59,812 nt of DNA from Omnitrophica WOR_2 bacterium GWF2_43_52 (GTDB lineage: Bacteria > Omnitrophota > Gorgyraeia > Gygaellales > UBA12090). Below, piece by piece: positions 45,220-52,852 of the stretch. Numbering within the stretch: the first letter of the stretch is position 1; every line of letters begins with the position of its first letter. Both the position numbers and the translations under genes were made by a program. The notes beneath the pieces were generated by a model. The model had not been told where the DNA came from, did no database searches, and was given only the letters and a program-made list of their open reading frames with translations. The stretch is taken from assembly GCA_001805445.1 (NCBI GenBank), contig MHGF01000036.1:96010-155821 (forward strand), read 5' to 3'.

Positions 45220-46440
45220 ATGAGAAAAATAAGAATCGCCCACGTAATTACCCGCATGGATTGGGGAGGTTCTCCGGATATTGTCCGGATCCTGTGTGAT
45301 TCATTGGACCCAGAGACATTTGATGCCTGGCTTGTTATCGGTAAGACAGAGTACCCGAGCGCGAAAACAACGGAGTTTTTAGAAAAATTCAAAGATAAAA
45401 CTATTGTTATTCCCCAATTGAAAAGGGATATTGATGTACTCAATGATTTTTTGGCGCTGGTAAGGTTATGCCTTCTCCTTCAGCGCCATAGATTTGATAT
45501 TGTGCATACCCATACGGCAAAGGCAGGATTTTTAGGCAGGCTTGCGGCAAAACTTGCAGGAGTGAAAAAGGTAATTCATACTCCGCACGGCAATAATTTT
45601 TACGGTTATTTTGGAGCGTTAGCTAGTAAATTAGTTGTTATGTTAGAAAAGTTTGCCGATTATTGTACCGATATAACAATAGTATTAACCGAGTTAGAAA
45701 AGAAGGAGTTGATAGAATATGGCGTAAGTAGAAATAAAAAAATAGCCGTAGTCAAAAGCGGCTTAGAATTCGAGGCGTATGGAAATTGCAGTGTTAATAT
45801 TTCTCAAAAGAAAGGGGAGTTGGGAATAGAGGATAACAGCCAAAATATTGTAGCGATGATTGGGCGCTTGGAACTGGTGAAAGGCCCGGAGTATTTTATT
45901 AAAGCCGCGAAATTAGTTTTAGAGAAGTATCCTTCCGTTACCTTTTTGATGGTGGGTGACGGCTCTTTACGGGAAAAGTTGGAAGCAAAAGTAGGGGCAA
46001 CCACAAGGGTTGCCCCTACAGCCGGAAAATTTATTTTTTTAGGCTGGCGCGATGATGTCCCTGAACTATTACAGATTATTGATATAGTGGCCTTACCTTC
46101 TTTAAATGAGGCAGTAGGCAGGATACTGCTTGAGGCAGGCTCCTGCGGTATCCCGGTAATTGCTTCCTGCGTGGGGGGGATTCCTGAAGTTGTGAAGGAT
46201 GGGGTTACCGGCATTTTGGTTCCCGCGAGGAATCCCGTAGCTTTAGCCAATGCTATCGCTGGTTTACTCAGCGATAAAGAAAAAAGAACGCGTATGGGTA
46301 ATGCCGCCAGAGATTGGGTGTGTCATAACTTCAGCGCGGAAAAGATGAGCCGAGACATCGCGCAGGTATATTCCGCTTTGGTGCCTGACACCAAAAGCCA
46401 CTTTGGTGTCAGGCACCAAGATACAGCGCGGAAAATATGA
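45220..46440 (+). CDS. GT4 (GT-B) glycosyltransferase
   Basis: 406 aa. IAHVITRMDWGGS, EAVGRILLEAGSCGIPVIASCVGGIPEVV. Carries an in-frame hairpin insertion. Confidence 0.85.
   Translation: MRKIRIAHVITRMDWGGSPDIVRILCDSLDPETFDAWLVIGKTEYPSAKTTEFLEKFKDKTIVIPQLKRDIDVLNDFLALVRLCLLLQRHRFDIVHTHTAKAGFLGRLAAKLAGVKKVIHTPHGNNFYGYFGALASKLVVMLEKFADYCTDITIVLTELEKKELIEYGVSRNKKIAVVKSGLEFEAYGNCSVNISQKKGELGIEDNSQNIVAMIGRLELVKGPEYFIKAAKLVLEKYPSVTFLMVGDGSLREKLEAKVGATTRVAPTAGKFIFLGWRDDVPELLQIIDIVALPSLNEAVGRILLEAGSCGIPVIASCVGGIPEVVKDGVTGILVPARNPVALANAIAGLLSDKEKRTRMGNAARDWVCHNFSAEKMSRDIAQVYSALVPDTKSHFGVRHQDTARKI
45991..46019. repeat. 12-bp perfect hairpin GTAGGGGCAACC-ACAAG-GGTTGCCCCTAC in frame inside the GT4 CDS
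   Basis: Read directly. Encodes VGATTRVAPT between ...LREKLEAK and GKFIFLGWRDDV. Confidence 0.8.
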
Positions 46441-47771
46441 TACGCCACCCGTTTTTACCCTGTTTTCAGGCCGTTTTGCCTAAGCCGTCGCTATTTTTGA
46501 GGCTATTTCTTACCTTTTATTTAATGACAATATCCAAAACAGCTTTTGCCGAGGAATTGTTACAGGTTAGCGCGGCTATACACATCAGCTCAACCGTAAG
46601 TGATGGGAAACATTCTATAGCCGAGATTGTGCGTATCGCCCGGGAAAATAAGATGCGGGTAGTGGTTATTACCGATAGGGATTTTATGCGCTGGGAATAC
46701 GGGCTGTGGCCGCTGCGCGGCGTGATAAAAAAGGCCGTTACCTCCAATTCAGTCGGGGAATACGGCGTCAGGCGGTATCTTAAAGATATAGAAAAAGCGC
46801 AGAAGGATAATCCTGATATGCTGATTATTGCGGCTGTTGAGTCAGCCCCGTTTTATTATTGGCAGGGCAGTCCTTTGAAGAAAAACCTGAAGCTTAAGAA
46901 TTGGCATAAACATATGCTGGTTGTCGGGCTTGAAAATGAACTGGATTATCAGAATCTGCCTACGGTTTCTAATCTTCGGAAATCATCATGGCCGGCGCGC
47001 TATGACCAATATCATGGAGACCAGGCTGATAGGCCGTATCAAAATCTGATTGATTATGTGAATAGCCGGGGCGGTTTGATTTTTTGGGCCCATCCTGAGG
47101 CAGAGAATGTGGGAACGCGGGGAGCCATCGGTATCGAGACCAAGCCATATCCTGACGCGCTGCTTAAGACGTATGGTTATACGGGCTTTAGCGTATTTTA
47201 CGAGGGCTACACTACCATCGGTTCCCCCGGAGGCATTTGGGATACTACGCTTAAAGAATATTGCCAGGGTAAAAGAAAACAGCCGGTATGGGCGATTGGG
47301 GGTTTATGTTTTGACCAGGTTGGTGAGCTTACAGAGATAATGAAAGATTTGCGGGTAATCGTGCTGATTTCGGATTGGAGTAAGAAAGCAGTCCTTAAGG
47401 CTTTAAAAGAGGGCAGGGATTACGTGGTGTTAGGCAAGGGTGGCCTTAGACTGGAAAGTTTTGAGGTTACCGATAGCCTCAAACAGAATAAGCCTGCGAT
47501 GATGGGAGAGGAAATAGCCCTTTCGGCAAACCCACGGATAAAGATAAAAGGTTACTGCTTAGAAGAGGCTGATGTTAAAATAAAGATAAAATTGATACGA
47601 GGGGGTGAGATTATTAAAGTCTTTGAGGCCGCAAGCCCCTTTGAAATAGAATATCAGGATGAGGCCGTTATCGCGGCTAACAAGACATATTACCGCCTGG
47701 AGATAACATCGCCGGGTGGTATGTTAGTGACGAATCCGATATTCTTAATCAACGAAAAAGTAATCCAGTAA
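46437..47771 (+). CDS. Hypothetical exported protein, distantly PHP-domain-like
   Basis: 444 aa with an N-terminal hydrophobic segment. AAIHISSTVSDGKHSIAEIV...VVVITDRD and FWAHPE resemble a degenerate PHP phosphoesterase pattern. Weak call. Confidence 0.3.
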   Translation: MIRHPFLPCFQAVLPKPSLFLRLFLTFYLMTISKTAFAEELLQVSAAIHISSTVSDGKHSIAEIVRIARENKMRVVVITDRDFMRWEYGLWPLRGVIKKAVTSNSVGEYGVRRYLKDIEKAQKDNPDMLIIAAVESAPFYYWQGSPLKKNLKLKNWHKHMLVVGLENELDYQNLPTVSNLRKSSWPARYDQYHGDQADRPYQNLIDYVNSRGGLIFWAHPEAENVGTRGAIGIETKPYPDALLKTYGYTGFSVFYEGYTTIGSPGGIWDTTLKEYCQGKRKQPVWAIGGLCFDQVGELTEIMKDLRVIVLISDWSKKAVLKALKEGRDYVVLGKGGLRLESFEVTDSLKQNKPAMMGEEIALSANPRIKIKGYCLEEADVKIKIKLIRGGEIIKVFEAASPFEIEYQDEAVIAANKTYYRLEITSPGGMLVTNPIFLINEKVIQ

Positions 47772-47778
47772 TTGGTCA

Positions 47779-47851
47779 GTTATCAGGGGTCAAAGAAAAT
47801 GGGTCCTGTCCCCGCCTGCGGCGGGGCCACCCATTTCCCCGTTTAGTGACC
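47779..47851 (+). terminator. Dispersed-repeat copy forming a nested hairpin after the preceding CDS
   Basis: Outer stem AAATGGGT (47797-804) with ACCCATTT (47829-36); inner stem CCCCGCC (47810-16) with GGCGGGG (47820-26). The 5' part, GTTATCAGGGGTCAAAGAAAATGGG, is shared with 52472-52520. Confidence 0.55.
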
Positions 47852-47911
47852 GATTACGCCCTACAAGAGTTTTAACTTTTATTTTCTAACGCGCTGTGGT
47901 ATAAATAGATA

Positions 47912-48613
47912 ATGATTGTAGCCGTGCATCAGCCTCAGTATATCCCCTGGCTGGGGTATTTTGATAAAATTGATAAGTGCGATTGTTTTGTTTTTCTGGA
48001 TAATGTGCAATATAAGCACAGGGAATATCAGAATAGAAACAAGATACGCACTAAAAGCGGATGGATTTGGCTTACTGTGCCTGTGGTGTATAAGGGCCAT
48101 AGCAGCCAAAAGGTAGCGGAGGTTGTTATCGATACGAGTTTTGATTGGCAGAAAAAACACTGGGGCAGCCTTGTCAGTGATTATGGCAAAGCAGTATTTT
48201 TTGAGGAATATAGGCCTTTCTTTGAAGCGGTATACGCAAAAAAATGGGAAAGGCTCATTGACTTGAATATCCATATTATTACGTATATCCTTAAGCAGTT
48301 AAAGATTGAAAAACCGTTATATTATGAAACCGCGATAGGCACGACCACTCAGGCAACCGACCGCATCATTGAGATATGCCAAAAGCTAAGCGCTGATACG
48401 TATCTCTCGGGTATCGGGGGAAAGGTATATTTAGAGGAAGAAAAATTTACCCGCTCGGGAATAAAATTAACCTATCAGAATTTCGCGCATCCACAGTACC
48501 ATCAGCAATTCGTAACCAAAGATGATCCGTTTCTTAGGTATATGTCTATTCTTGATTTATTGTTTAACGAAGGCCCGGAAAGCGTGAAAATATTACGAGG
48601 AGTAACATGTTAA
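47912..48613 (+). CDS. WbqC family protein
   Basis: 233 aa. MIVAVHQPQYIPWLGYFDKI...FVFLDNVQY...YQNRNKI...WLTVPV is the characteristic WbqC-like N-terminus. Confidence 0.75.
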   Translation: MIVAVHQPQYIPWLGYFDKIDKCDCFVFLDNVQYKHREYQNRNKIRTKSGWIWLTVPVVYKGHSSQKVAEVVIDTSFDWQKKHWGSLVSDYGKAVFFEEYRPFFEAVYAKKWERLIDLNIHIITYILKQLKIEKPLYYETAIGTTTQATDRIIEICQKLSADTYLSGIGGKVYLEEEKFTRSGIKLTYQNFAHPQYHQQFVTKDDPFLRYMSILDLLFNEGPESVKILRGVTC

Positions 48614-48710
48614 AAGCGCTTGGGTCTATAGTCTATAGTCTATGGTCTATAGCCGATGGTTTATTTCATTGACTATCGACTATTGACCATCGACTATCGA
48701 CCGTTACTTA
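48607..48710. repeat. Word-repeat hairpin (TCTATAG-type heptads / GACTATC-type heptads) with conserved ends ATGTTAAAAG ... ACCGTTACTTA
   Basis: Left arm 48622-48660, right arm 48671-48702. About 26 of 35 aligned positions are complementary. The 5' motif overlaps the WbqC stop codon. Confidence 0.75.
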
Positions 48711-48780
48711 TTACTGTTAACAGAGAAGAATATCCCGCCTCACCTGTCTGCCGGTATGTAAGGCGGGATCAATTCGCACA

Positions 48781-48828
48781 TTGACTTATGTTCATCCGCT
48801 ACAACGCTTAGCGGATTCCATAAGTCAA
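48781..48828 (+). promoter_or_regulatory. Leader hairpin upstream of ExeA paralog 2
   Basis: TTGACTTATG (48781-90) pairs with CATAAGTCAA (48819-28), and ATCCGCTA with TAGCGGAT. Ends 24 nt before ATG 48853. Preceded by the 9-bp stem ATCCCGCCT (48732-40) with AGGCGGGAT (48761-69). Confidence 0.5.
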
Positions 48829-48852
48829 GTGCTCATTGAGGAGATAGCCGTT

Positions 48853-49668
48853 ATGTATGAGGAATATTGGGGTTTAAAAGAAGCGCCTTTTGAGAATACC
48901 CCTGACCCGCGGTTTCTGTATTATTCTAAAGAGCATGAAGAAGCCCTTTCCCGGCTGATGTACGTACTGGAAGGAAGGAAAGGCGCCGCTATGCTTACGG
49001 GTGTCTTTGGCTGCGGCAAGACCGTGCTCGCGAGGGCATTTTTAAGCCGTATCAACCGCAATATCTATCCGGTCGCGATGATTACCAATCCGTATCTGAA
49101 ATTGGTGGAATTTTTGCGTTCTATCGCGCGGCAAATGGGCGCGGAAGGGCTTCCTGAGAAATTGACTGAGATGTCCGCGGACCATTTCCTCCAGGTAATT
49201 GAGGAAATGCTTAATAATAATGCCAAGGACGGCCGGCATACCGTTATTATAATCGATGAAGCCCATGTGATTACCGATAACGATATCTTTGAGGAGTTGC
49301 GGCTGCTTTTAAACTTTCAATTGGAGGATAAGTTTTTGATTACTTTGATTCTCATGGGCCAGCCGGAACTTACTGAAAGGATCAAAAAGAATAAGCAGTT
49401 TTCTCAAAGAATCGCTATCGGCTACAGCCTTGGCCCATTGAATGAGGCGGAGTCCCGGCTCTATATCGCGCACCGTCTTCGGGTTGCCGGCAGCACTCAT
49501 GAAATTTTTTCACCGGAGGCGCTAAAACCAATAGTAGAGAATTCCGGAGGTATCCCGCGAAGAATAAACCAGATTTGCGATATGGCATTAGCGGTTGGTT
49601 TTGGCACTGAGGCAAAACTTGTTACCGCGAAGATTATTGCGGAAGCTGTTGAGAGTATAGGGATGTAA
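48853..49668 (+). CDS. ExeA/GspA/MshM-like AAA ATPase, paralog 2
   Basis: Start moved from TTG 48781 to ATG 48853 because MYEEYWGLKEAPFENTPDPRF aligns with the N-terminus of paralog 1. Walker A GVFGCGKT, Walker B IIIDEAH, GGIPRRINQICD. Confidence 0.8.
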   Translation: MYEEYWGLKEAPFENTPDPRFLYYSKEHEEALSRLMYVLEGRKGAAMLTGVFGCGKTVLARAFLSRINRNIYPVAMITNPYLKLVEFLRSIARQMGAEGLPEKLTEMSADHFLQVIEEMLNNNAKDGRHTVIIIDEAHVITDNDIFEELRLLLNFQLEDKFLITLILMGQPELTERIKKNKQFSQRIAIGYSLGPLNEAESRLYIAHRLRVAGSTHEIFSPEALKPIVENSGGIPRRINQICDMALAVGFGTEAKLVTAKIIAEAVESIGM

Positions 49669-49681
49669 TTAAGAAAGCGCT

Positions 49682-49870
49682 ATGTTAAAAGTGGATATCG
49701 GGTTATCAGGAGATTGGGATTTTCCCGCTATAGTCTTTGACGAGGCGGGATCCCGCCCAAGGCGGGAGGAGATCAGGGAATCAGGAGTTCGGGGGCTATA
49801 AACAAACCTGACATCCCGATATCCCGATACCCAAATCCTGATACCCTGATTTTCTGATAACCGTAAGTTA
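49682..49870. repeat. Word-repeat element (ATCAGG/GGGAT words and complement) with ends ATGTTAAAAG ... ACCGTAAGTTA and a central GGCGGGATCCCGCC palindrome
   Basis: Left arm 49692-49727, central palindrome 49744-49757, right arm 49807-49862. Read directly. Confidence 0.75.
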
Positions 49871-49909
49871 ATGTAGATAATAACACATTATTTATTATAC
49901 GAGGGAGAG

Positions 49910-50533
49910 ATGAAAATGAATATATTAGCCATAGGCCCACATCCTGATGATATAGAATTTGGCTGCGGGGGGACTCTGATGAGGTATGCTCAAAAAGGAC
50001 ATGACGTATTTATTATGGTGCTTACTGATGGCAGCTATGGTGGGGATCCGGAAGTAAGAAAAAAGGAACAAATCGAATCCGCAGGCTATATCCCCGCGAA
50101 AGAACTTTTTTGGGGTAATATTAGGGATACAGAGCTTGAGGATACGCGAAAGCTTATTATCGGCATAGAATCTGTCGTCACTAAGGTTAACCCGGACATT
50201 GTATTTCTCAATTACCCTCCAGACGTGCATCAGGACCACCGTGCCGCGGCCCACGCGGGGGTTTCCGCCACCCGCTATATCAAAGAGGTTTTATTCTATG
50301 AGGTCCCTACGACACAGCATTTTGAGCCGGATATTTTTGTTGATATTAAAGAGGTCATGGACAGAAAAATGGAGCTTTTAGGGCTTCATGCTTCCCAGGT
50401 GCATAAAGTAAAGGTTGAAAATCTGACCATTTTGGAAAGCGCTAAGTCTTGCGCTAATTTCCGCGGCTTCCAGGGCCGGGTTAAATATGCCGAAGGATTC
50501 AAGGCATTGCGTTTATTGAGGGAAATAGCCTAA
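49910..50533 (+). CDS. PIG-L/LmbE family N-acetylglucosaminyl deacetylase
   Basis: 207 aa. ILAIGPHPDDIEFGCGGTL and HQDHRA motifs. Confidence 0.85.
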   Translation: MKMNILAIGPHPDDIEFGCGGTLMRYAQKGHDVFIMVLTDGSYGGDPEVRKKEQIESAGYIPAKELFWGNIRDTELEDTRKLIIGIESVVTKVNPDIVFLNYPPDVHQDHRAAAHAGVSATRYIKEVLFYEVPTTQHFEPDIFVDIKEVMDRKMELLGLHASQVHKVKVENLTILESAKSCANFRGFQGRVKYAEGFKALRLLREIA

Positions 50534-50534
50534 G

Positions 50535-51572
50535 ATGAAGTATATCGTATGCGTAGCGCTTCCTTTTCTAGTTACGTTTATGCTTACCCCTTTTTTTATA
50601 AGGCTTGCCAAAAGGTTTGACATCGTCGATCATCCGGGCAAGCGAAAGATTCATAAAAAAGCGATTCCCCTTTTGGGAGGAGCCGCGATTTACTGCGGTT
50701 TACTTGCTGGGCTGTTAGTTAATCAAGGGGCTATCGCTTCTTTACTGCCGATTATTGTCGGAGCGACTATTATTTTAAGCGTAGGCTTGGTTGATGATAT
50801 CCGGGGCTTGAGCGCCCAGCTGCGTTTTTTCGTTGAGCTTTTCGTGGTTTTGGTGCTCGTTAAGTTTGGGGTATGCGTAAGCTTTTTGCCTTCGGGTTTT
50901 TGGGGTGATTTAGGAGAGATCGCGGTAACGCTGGTATGGGTAGTAGGAGTAACGAATGCCTGCAATTATTTAGACGGCCTTGATGGCCTGGCAACGGGTT
51001 CAGCAATCATAAATTTGTTTAGCTTCAGCGTTATTTTGCATGCCACCAATCAGCCGGATTTAGCCGTATTGGCGATTGCCCTAACTTCCGCGTGCCTTGG
51101 ATTTTTGCCTTATAATTTCAGAAAGGCAAAGATATTTCTCGGGGATGCGGGAAGCACCTTCCTGGGCTTTAGCCTTGCCTGTATTGCCATCAGCGGTAAT
51201 TGGGCCCAGGATAATGTCGTAAAACTTTCCATTCCTATGCTGGTATTGGGAGTCCCCATATTTGATATGATATTTACCACGATATTAAGGATAAGAGAAG
51301 AAAAAGTAAAAACACTCATGGAGTGGCTACAATACGGGGGGAAGGACCATTTCCATCATTATGTGGTTGATTTGGGATTACATACGCAAGGGGCGGTGGT
51401 TTTTATTTATATCCTCACGCTTTCCTTAGGGATCAGCGCCATTATGCTTAGTAATGATACCGCGCTTGAGGCAGTCTTGTCGATTTCGCAGGCGGTGATA
51501 ATTTTCATAGTGGTAGCGGTATTGATTGTTGTCGGAAAAAGGCGCAGAAGCGGCTGGAGTATTACTAAATAA
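50535..51572 (+). CDS. Polyprenyl-phosphate N-acetylhexosamine-1-phosphate transferase (WecA/MraY family)
   Basis: 345 aa, polytopic. VDDIRGLSA, NACNYLDGLDGLA, GDAGSTFLGF. Confidence 0.85.
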   Translation: MKYIVCVALPFLVTFMLTPFFIRLAKRFDIVDHPGKRKIHKKAIPLLGGAAIYCGLLAGLLVNQGAIASLLPIIVGATIILSVGLVDDIRGLSAQLRFFVELFVVLVLVKFGVCVSFLPSGFWGDLGEIAVTLVWVVGVTNACNYLDGLDGLATGSAIINLFSFSVILHATNQPDLAVLAIALTSACLGFLPYNFRKAKIFLGDAGSTFLGFSLACIAISGNWAQDNVVKLSIPMLVLGVPIFDMIFTTILRIREEKVKTLMEWLQYGGKDHFHHYVVDLGLHTQGAVVFIYILTLSLGISAIMLSNDTALEAVLSISQAVIIFIVVAVLIVVGKRRRSGWSITK

Positions 51573-51595
51573 TTACTGCTGAAAAACCTTTATTT

Positions 51596-51680
51596 TGCAC
51601 GAATAGGCACAAATTACACACAAATACACACGAATTACTTCGTCGCTGTATTCGTGATGATTAGTGTGTAATTCGTGTTT
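51596..51680. repeat. CACGAAT-word inverted repeat without an enclosed gene (empty-site copy)
   Basis: TGCACGAATAGGCACAAATTACACACAAATACACACGAATTA matches the left arm at 44729 in roughly 38 of 43 positions (by eye). The complementary TATTCGTG...GTAATTCGTGT follows after about 12 nt. Confidence 0.78.
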
Positions 51681-51729
51681 AAAAGACGCTTTTTCAGTGA
51701 TAACTAAATAAAATGAAGAAGGGGGTATA

Positions 51730-52119
51730 ATGGCAGAAGACACTACAAAACGAATCTTAGTCTGCGATGATGATGTAAGCGTGGTAAGTTTCTTGACCCT
51801 ATTTTTGAAAAAAAACGGGTTTGAGAAAATTGACGTAGCTTCCTGCGCGAAAGACGCGTTAGAAAAAGTGAAAACAACTATCTATAACCTGGTGCTTCTT
51901 GATATCCGGCTTCCGGATATGGAAGGCGTCTTAGTCCTTCAGCGTATCAAAGAAATTAACTCTAAGACTGACGTGATCATGATGACCGGCTACCCTGAAA
52001 TGGAGACCGCGCGCCAAAGCCTGACCTTGGGCGCCTACGATTATATTGTCAAACCATTTGATTTAGATTATATGAGGCTGGCAGTATTAACCAAGCTATT
52101 GTTACAGCCAGAATCATAA
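51730..52119 (+). CDS. Stand-alone response regulator receiver
   Basis: 129 aa. VCDDDVS, VLLDIRLPDMEG, VKPF. No output domain. Confidence 0.85.
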   Translation: MAEDTTKRILVCDDDVSVVSFLTLFLKKNGFEKIDVASCAKDALEKVKTTIYNLVLLDIRLPDMEGVLVLQRIKEINSKTDVIMMTGYPEMETARQSLTLGAYDYIVKPFDLDYMRLAVLTKLLLQPES

Positions 52120-52192
52120 GTATCTAGTACACCGTGACATTAGTTATTGACAATGCGTTATCGTGTCTGGATATAAGGCGCGCGGGTCCTGT

Positions 52193-52327
52193 CAAGGTTA
52201 TGTTTTCGCAGGGACGTTCGGCCTGCTCCTGCGGCAGTCCTCACTCGGCGTAAATTTTTGCGCTCCTCGCTTTGCTCGGAGTCCAAGCCGCAAAAATTTC
52301 CGTACGCCCTACTCAAACATAACCTTG
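52193..52327. repeat. Long nested imperfect palindrome in a 733-nt non-coding gap
   Basis: Perfect 13-bp outer arms CAAGGTTATGTTT (52193-205) and AAACATAACCTTG (52315-327). Inner arms GGCGTAAATTTTTGCG (52247-62) and CGCAAAAATTTCCGTACGCC (52289-308), with a 4-nt bulge. Confidence 0.7.
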
Positions 52328-52471
52328 CCACCCTCGCTGGCAAGGTGAAGTCTTGTAGGTAGTAAAAATTTATTTCACAGTGCGATAGAATCTTGCGTAC
52401 TTTTTGGCAGGTGAAATTTATGGATTGTCTGCTATTTTCTTGGGATATGAAAAACATCGCGTACCCTGCCG

Positions 52472-52520
52472 GTTATCAGGGGCTAAAGAAAATGGGGACT
52501 GTCCCCCATTCAATGACGCA
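52472..52520. repeat. Second copy of the GTTATCAGGGG...AAAGAAAATGGGG...CCCCATT dispersed repeat
   Basis: GTTATCAGGGGCTAAAGAAAATGGGGACTGTCCCCCATT, with stem AATGGGG/CCCCATT (52491-52510). Compare 47779-47851. Confidence 0.7.
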
Positions 52521-52852
52521 TTATAACTTTGCGGCTATTTCTCTTGACAAAGCCAAATTATATGCTATAAAAGAATAAGGATTCATCATCGTAACTTACG
52601 TTGTTTCAGGGCAATAGTGAAATAGTAGCAGTTTTCGCATAACATTATTTGCGGCCGGTTTCAGGAAAGATTTTTTGTAAAAAGGAGGCTTTGCGTTGCA
52701 GCCTTTTATATGTTATATGGAGGGATGTAGCAAAATTATCAGCAGGTTACTCATTATATGACGAGACCTATAAATTCAGGAATTCTTTCACTCAAAAAGC
52801 TTGACTTCAAAAGGAAGTTAGGCTTTTTTATTTGTTCTCTTAGGAATATAAC

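Noticed and set aside
52158-52578. Small ORFs in the 733-nt gap (52158-52457 minus strand, 52163-52348 plus strand, 52393-52578 plus strand).
   Set aside because: The first two are mirror translations of the same palindrome. None has a ribosome-binding site or a recognisable motif.
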